Virus record (IMG/VR): IMGVR_UViG_3300014656_000100
Location: 1-28,721 of that record
From: a virus
Taxonomy: Duplodnaviria; Caudoviricetes
Reading direction: 5' to 3' (one strand)
Length of the DNA: 28,721 nt
Below the pieces are notes generated by a model. That model saw only the letters and a list, made by a program, of their open reading frames with translations, was not told the DNA's origin and searched no databases. The first letter of the stretch is position 1. Every line of letters starts with the position of its first letter. Made by a program: the position numbers and the translations under genes. This document shows positions 26,738 through 28,721 of the stretch, one piece after another.

Positions 26738-26908
26738 GTGCCTTATAGTGAGTTGCAAAGGAAGACAGCAAGGGTAGCTCTGGGAATGAAGAGGGGGACG
26801 ACACCCAAGACACCTGGAACTCCTGCTTACGAGATGATGCGTAGTATGTCTGAAGAAGAATTGAGGGATATGGCAAGTGGGCCAATCAAAAAGAAAGGAG
26901 GCAAATAA
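26738..26908 (+). CDS. small basic protein, DUF3008-like (56 aa)
   Basis: Hand translation MPYSELQRKTARVALGMKRG...MMRSMSEEELRDMAS...; AAGGAGG RBS; fills the gap exactly. Confidence 0.65.
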   Translation: MPYSELQRKTARVALGMKRGTTPKTPGTPAYEMMRSMSEEELRDMASGPIKKKGGK

Positions 26909-27397
26909 ATGAGAAGAACATTCGGTCATCCAGACCAAATTAGAGATGGAGTTATACTTTATGGAGATGATGGAGAGCATTTCAGACCCATAAAGGTTGA
27001 TGCTGATGGCAAGATTCTACTTCCTCCAGTATCCATAACAAACTTACAATTCTTCAGAAAGAGGAGACCCCTTCACTGGAAAGATACAGGGGTAGGAACT
27101 ACCTTTCATACTTTTGACCCTAAAGCTCCTCACAAACTATTGGAGATAAGATTTAAGACCACTGCACTTGCTGCTGGTGAAGATTTCACTATCACCAAGA
27201 CAGCTACTTCGGGTCCTAATTACCATGATGTCATCCTTTTCTTCGAAGAGTTAGGGGATTTAGGTACACTTGACCTGACTATCCCATTTGGTGCTGATGA
27301 GGGGTTTATGACGGAGGCTGATTCCCTTGTCTTTGCCCTCAGTGCCAATACAGGTGCTGATAGGTGGGGATTAGAAGTAGTCTATGAATTAGTCTGA
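26909..27397 (+). CDS. putative virion structural protein
   Basis: 162 aa, AAGGAGG RBS, beta-rich, in the late operon. Confidence 0.6.
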   Translation: MRRTFGHPDQIRDGVILYGDDGEHFRPIKVDADGKILLPPVSITNLQFFRKRRPLHWKDTGVGTTFHTFDPKAPHKLLEIRFKTTALAAGEDFTITKTATSGPNYHDVILFFEELGDLGTLDLTIPFGADEGFMTEADSLVFALSANTGADRWGLEVVYELV

Positions 27398-27409
27398 TAA
27401 GGGGCAATA

Positions 27410-28168
27410 ATGAAAACACTTATAAGAAATGGTCAGAGCATAGACAGGTTCATACCTAGAGAATTACGGGATATGTTCTATCGTAATCCCAATCCTGAAC
27501 ATAAGTTTGCCAGGCGTAATGGATACACACCTCATAGTTTCATAACTAATGGGCTTGTGCTGTATTTACCTTTATGGGCTTTGAAAGGCGATAAAATAAG
27601 GTCGGTAGATGCTTATCGGCATATAGGTGATATTACAGGTGCTTTGTGGAGAGATAATGGCAGATGGTTTGATGGCGTTAATGACGCGATAGATTTTGCA
27701 ACATCAACTATTCTCCAAACAAGAGACAATATCACCGTAGAAGCGTGGTTCAATACAAGTGATGTTACCAGACTTCAAGCTCCTGTCGGAAGGTGGAATG
27801 GAGTAGACCAATGGGTCTTGAAGATGAGTGCCTCTAAAATGAATGTAGCAGTAAACACCGCAGGGGGCAAGTATGAACAAACTGGTAATGGAGCTTTAAC
27901 TAATGATACGTGGCATCATGCTGCTCTTACCTATCTAGCTTCAGATGGTCTCTTTTCAGTTTATTTGGATGGAGTATTGGATGAAGAGATGGCAACAGAT
28001 GGTAATGTGCTTTCAGCTTCAACAGGTTACTTGTCAGTAGGTTCATCAGGAGAAAGTAGTCAATGGTATCTTGGCTTAATTGGAGAGGTAAGATATTATA
28101 CCAGGAAACTAAGTCTTGCTGAACTCCAACATAATAGAAATTGCACAAAAGGGGGTACACATAATTGA
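27410..28168 (+). CDS. LamG/concanavalin A-like lectin domain protein (virion-associated)
   Basis: GLVLYLPL, FDGVNDAI, ITVEAWF, WHHAALTY, VYLDGVL and GLIGEVRYYTRKLS motifs. Confidence 0.85.
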   Translation: MKTLIRNGQSIDRFIPRELRDMFYRNPNPEHKFARRNGYTPHSFITNGLVLYLPLWALKGDKIRSVDAYRHIGDITGALWRDNGRWFDGVNDAIDFATSTILQTRDNITVEAWFNTSDVTRLQAPVGRWNGVDQWVLKMSASKMNVAVNTAGGKYEQTGNGALTNDTWHHAALTYLASDGLFSVYLDGVLDEEMATDGNVLSASTGYLSVGSSGESSQWYLGLIGEVRYYTRKLSLAELQHNRNCTKGGTHN

Positions 28169-28386
28169 GCGGTACACGTGTTCAGATAGATTTGTTCTTC
28201 CAAGATAAAACACCCAGACAGGTAAATGAGGCTTTCCCTCAGCTTCTACCTGCTATCAAAGCAGCTAAGGCTAAGGCTTCCTTGATAAATGCAGGTAAAG
28301 TTAATGAGGAGATGACGGTCAGGGCTATTTATTACATTTGCAGGCATGACGAAGGAAAACCTTGCGACCCTGAGACTGAAATATAG
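28165..28386 (+). CDS. hypothetical protein
   Basis: 73-aa ORF, TTG start overlapping the upstream stop, AAGGGGG RBS. Confidence 0.6.
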   Translation: MSGTRVQIDLFFQDKTPRQVNEAFPQLLPAIKAAKAKASLINAGKVNEEMTVRAIYYICRHDEGKPCDPETEI

Positions 28387-28395
28387 GAGATAAAA

Positions 28396-28721
28396 ATGCC
28401 ATACCCCGAAGACTATGCCTCAATGATTGATTTAGTTTCTCAGAAATTGCAGGATACTGGTAACGCTGTCTGGACTGATGCTGAACTTCTTTTATATATG
28501 ACTGAGGAACTCCGTGAAGTTTCTCAATACTCCCCTCATATCTATATGGTGGAATACACCCTTGAAACCAGAAGGGGAACGGCAACTTCAGGAACTACGA
28601 CAAACACATTGGATGATGACGTTAATGACCAATTCGTTAGTGGCAATGCACCTTATGGAGATGTGGGTAAGATTGTCTTTAATACCACTGATAGAACTTG
28701 GGCTTATATCACCGCTGTAAC
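28396..28721 (+). CDS. probable head-tail adaptor-like protein, 3'-partial
   Basis: Hand translation MPYPEDYASMIDLVSQKLQDTGNAVWTDAELLLYMTEELREV...; AGGAG RBS; open to the end of the window; L.D.....W.D.EL..Y pattern typical of adaptor proteins. Confidence 0.6.
   Translation, partial: MPYPEDYASMIDLVSQKLQDTGNAVWTDAELLLYMTEELREVSQYSPHIYMVEYTLETRRGTATSGTTTNTLDDDVNDQFVSGNAPYGDVGKIVFNTTDRTWAYITAV

Noticed and set aside
27410-28168. Diversity-generating retroelement target
   Set aside because: No reverse transcriptase and no adenine-mismatched template/variable repeat pair were seen in this window.
28514-28720. Track ORF MKFLNTP...
   Set aside because: It is a shadow of the frame starting at ATG 28396, which has an RBS and an adaptor-like sequence.

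Overview
This window is a 28.7 kb piece of a tailed dsDNA bacteriophage (Caudoviricetes) genome, almost all on the + strand. The host is not identifiable from the sequence, but sigma70-type promoters and strong GGAGG Shine-Dalgarno sites point to a bacterium. In order it holds: (1) an array of small accessory genes at 30-2126, separated by six copies of a ~30-57 bp repeat; the repeat reads as the fused C- and N-termini of an MT-A70-type methyltransferase gene (WGNEVESDIEL*/MKKYQIYAD), and the array ends in a VRR-NUC gene; (2) a short minus-strand operon with an LPD29-like gene; (3) a probable terminase small subunit, about 4 kb of small ORFs including a SAM methyltransferase, and the terminase large subunit; (4) a portal, then a 2556-aa polyvalent protein with HExxH peptidase-like, ADP-ribosyltransferase-like and LPD38-like modules; (5) a Com-like zinc finger, a promoter-boxA-terminator leader, scaffold, major capsid protein and further virion genes. 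Two self-splicing elements sit in essential head genes. The terminase carries a 315-aa intein whose HNH/zinc-finger homing endonuclease is encoded as a separate gene in a different reading frame, with both frames open. The major capsid gene is split by a 724-nt group I intron whose LAGLIDADG ORF overlaps the ribozyme core. All family assignments come from motif recognition by eye, not database searches.
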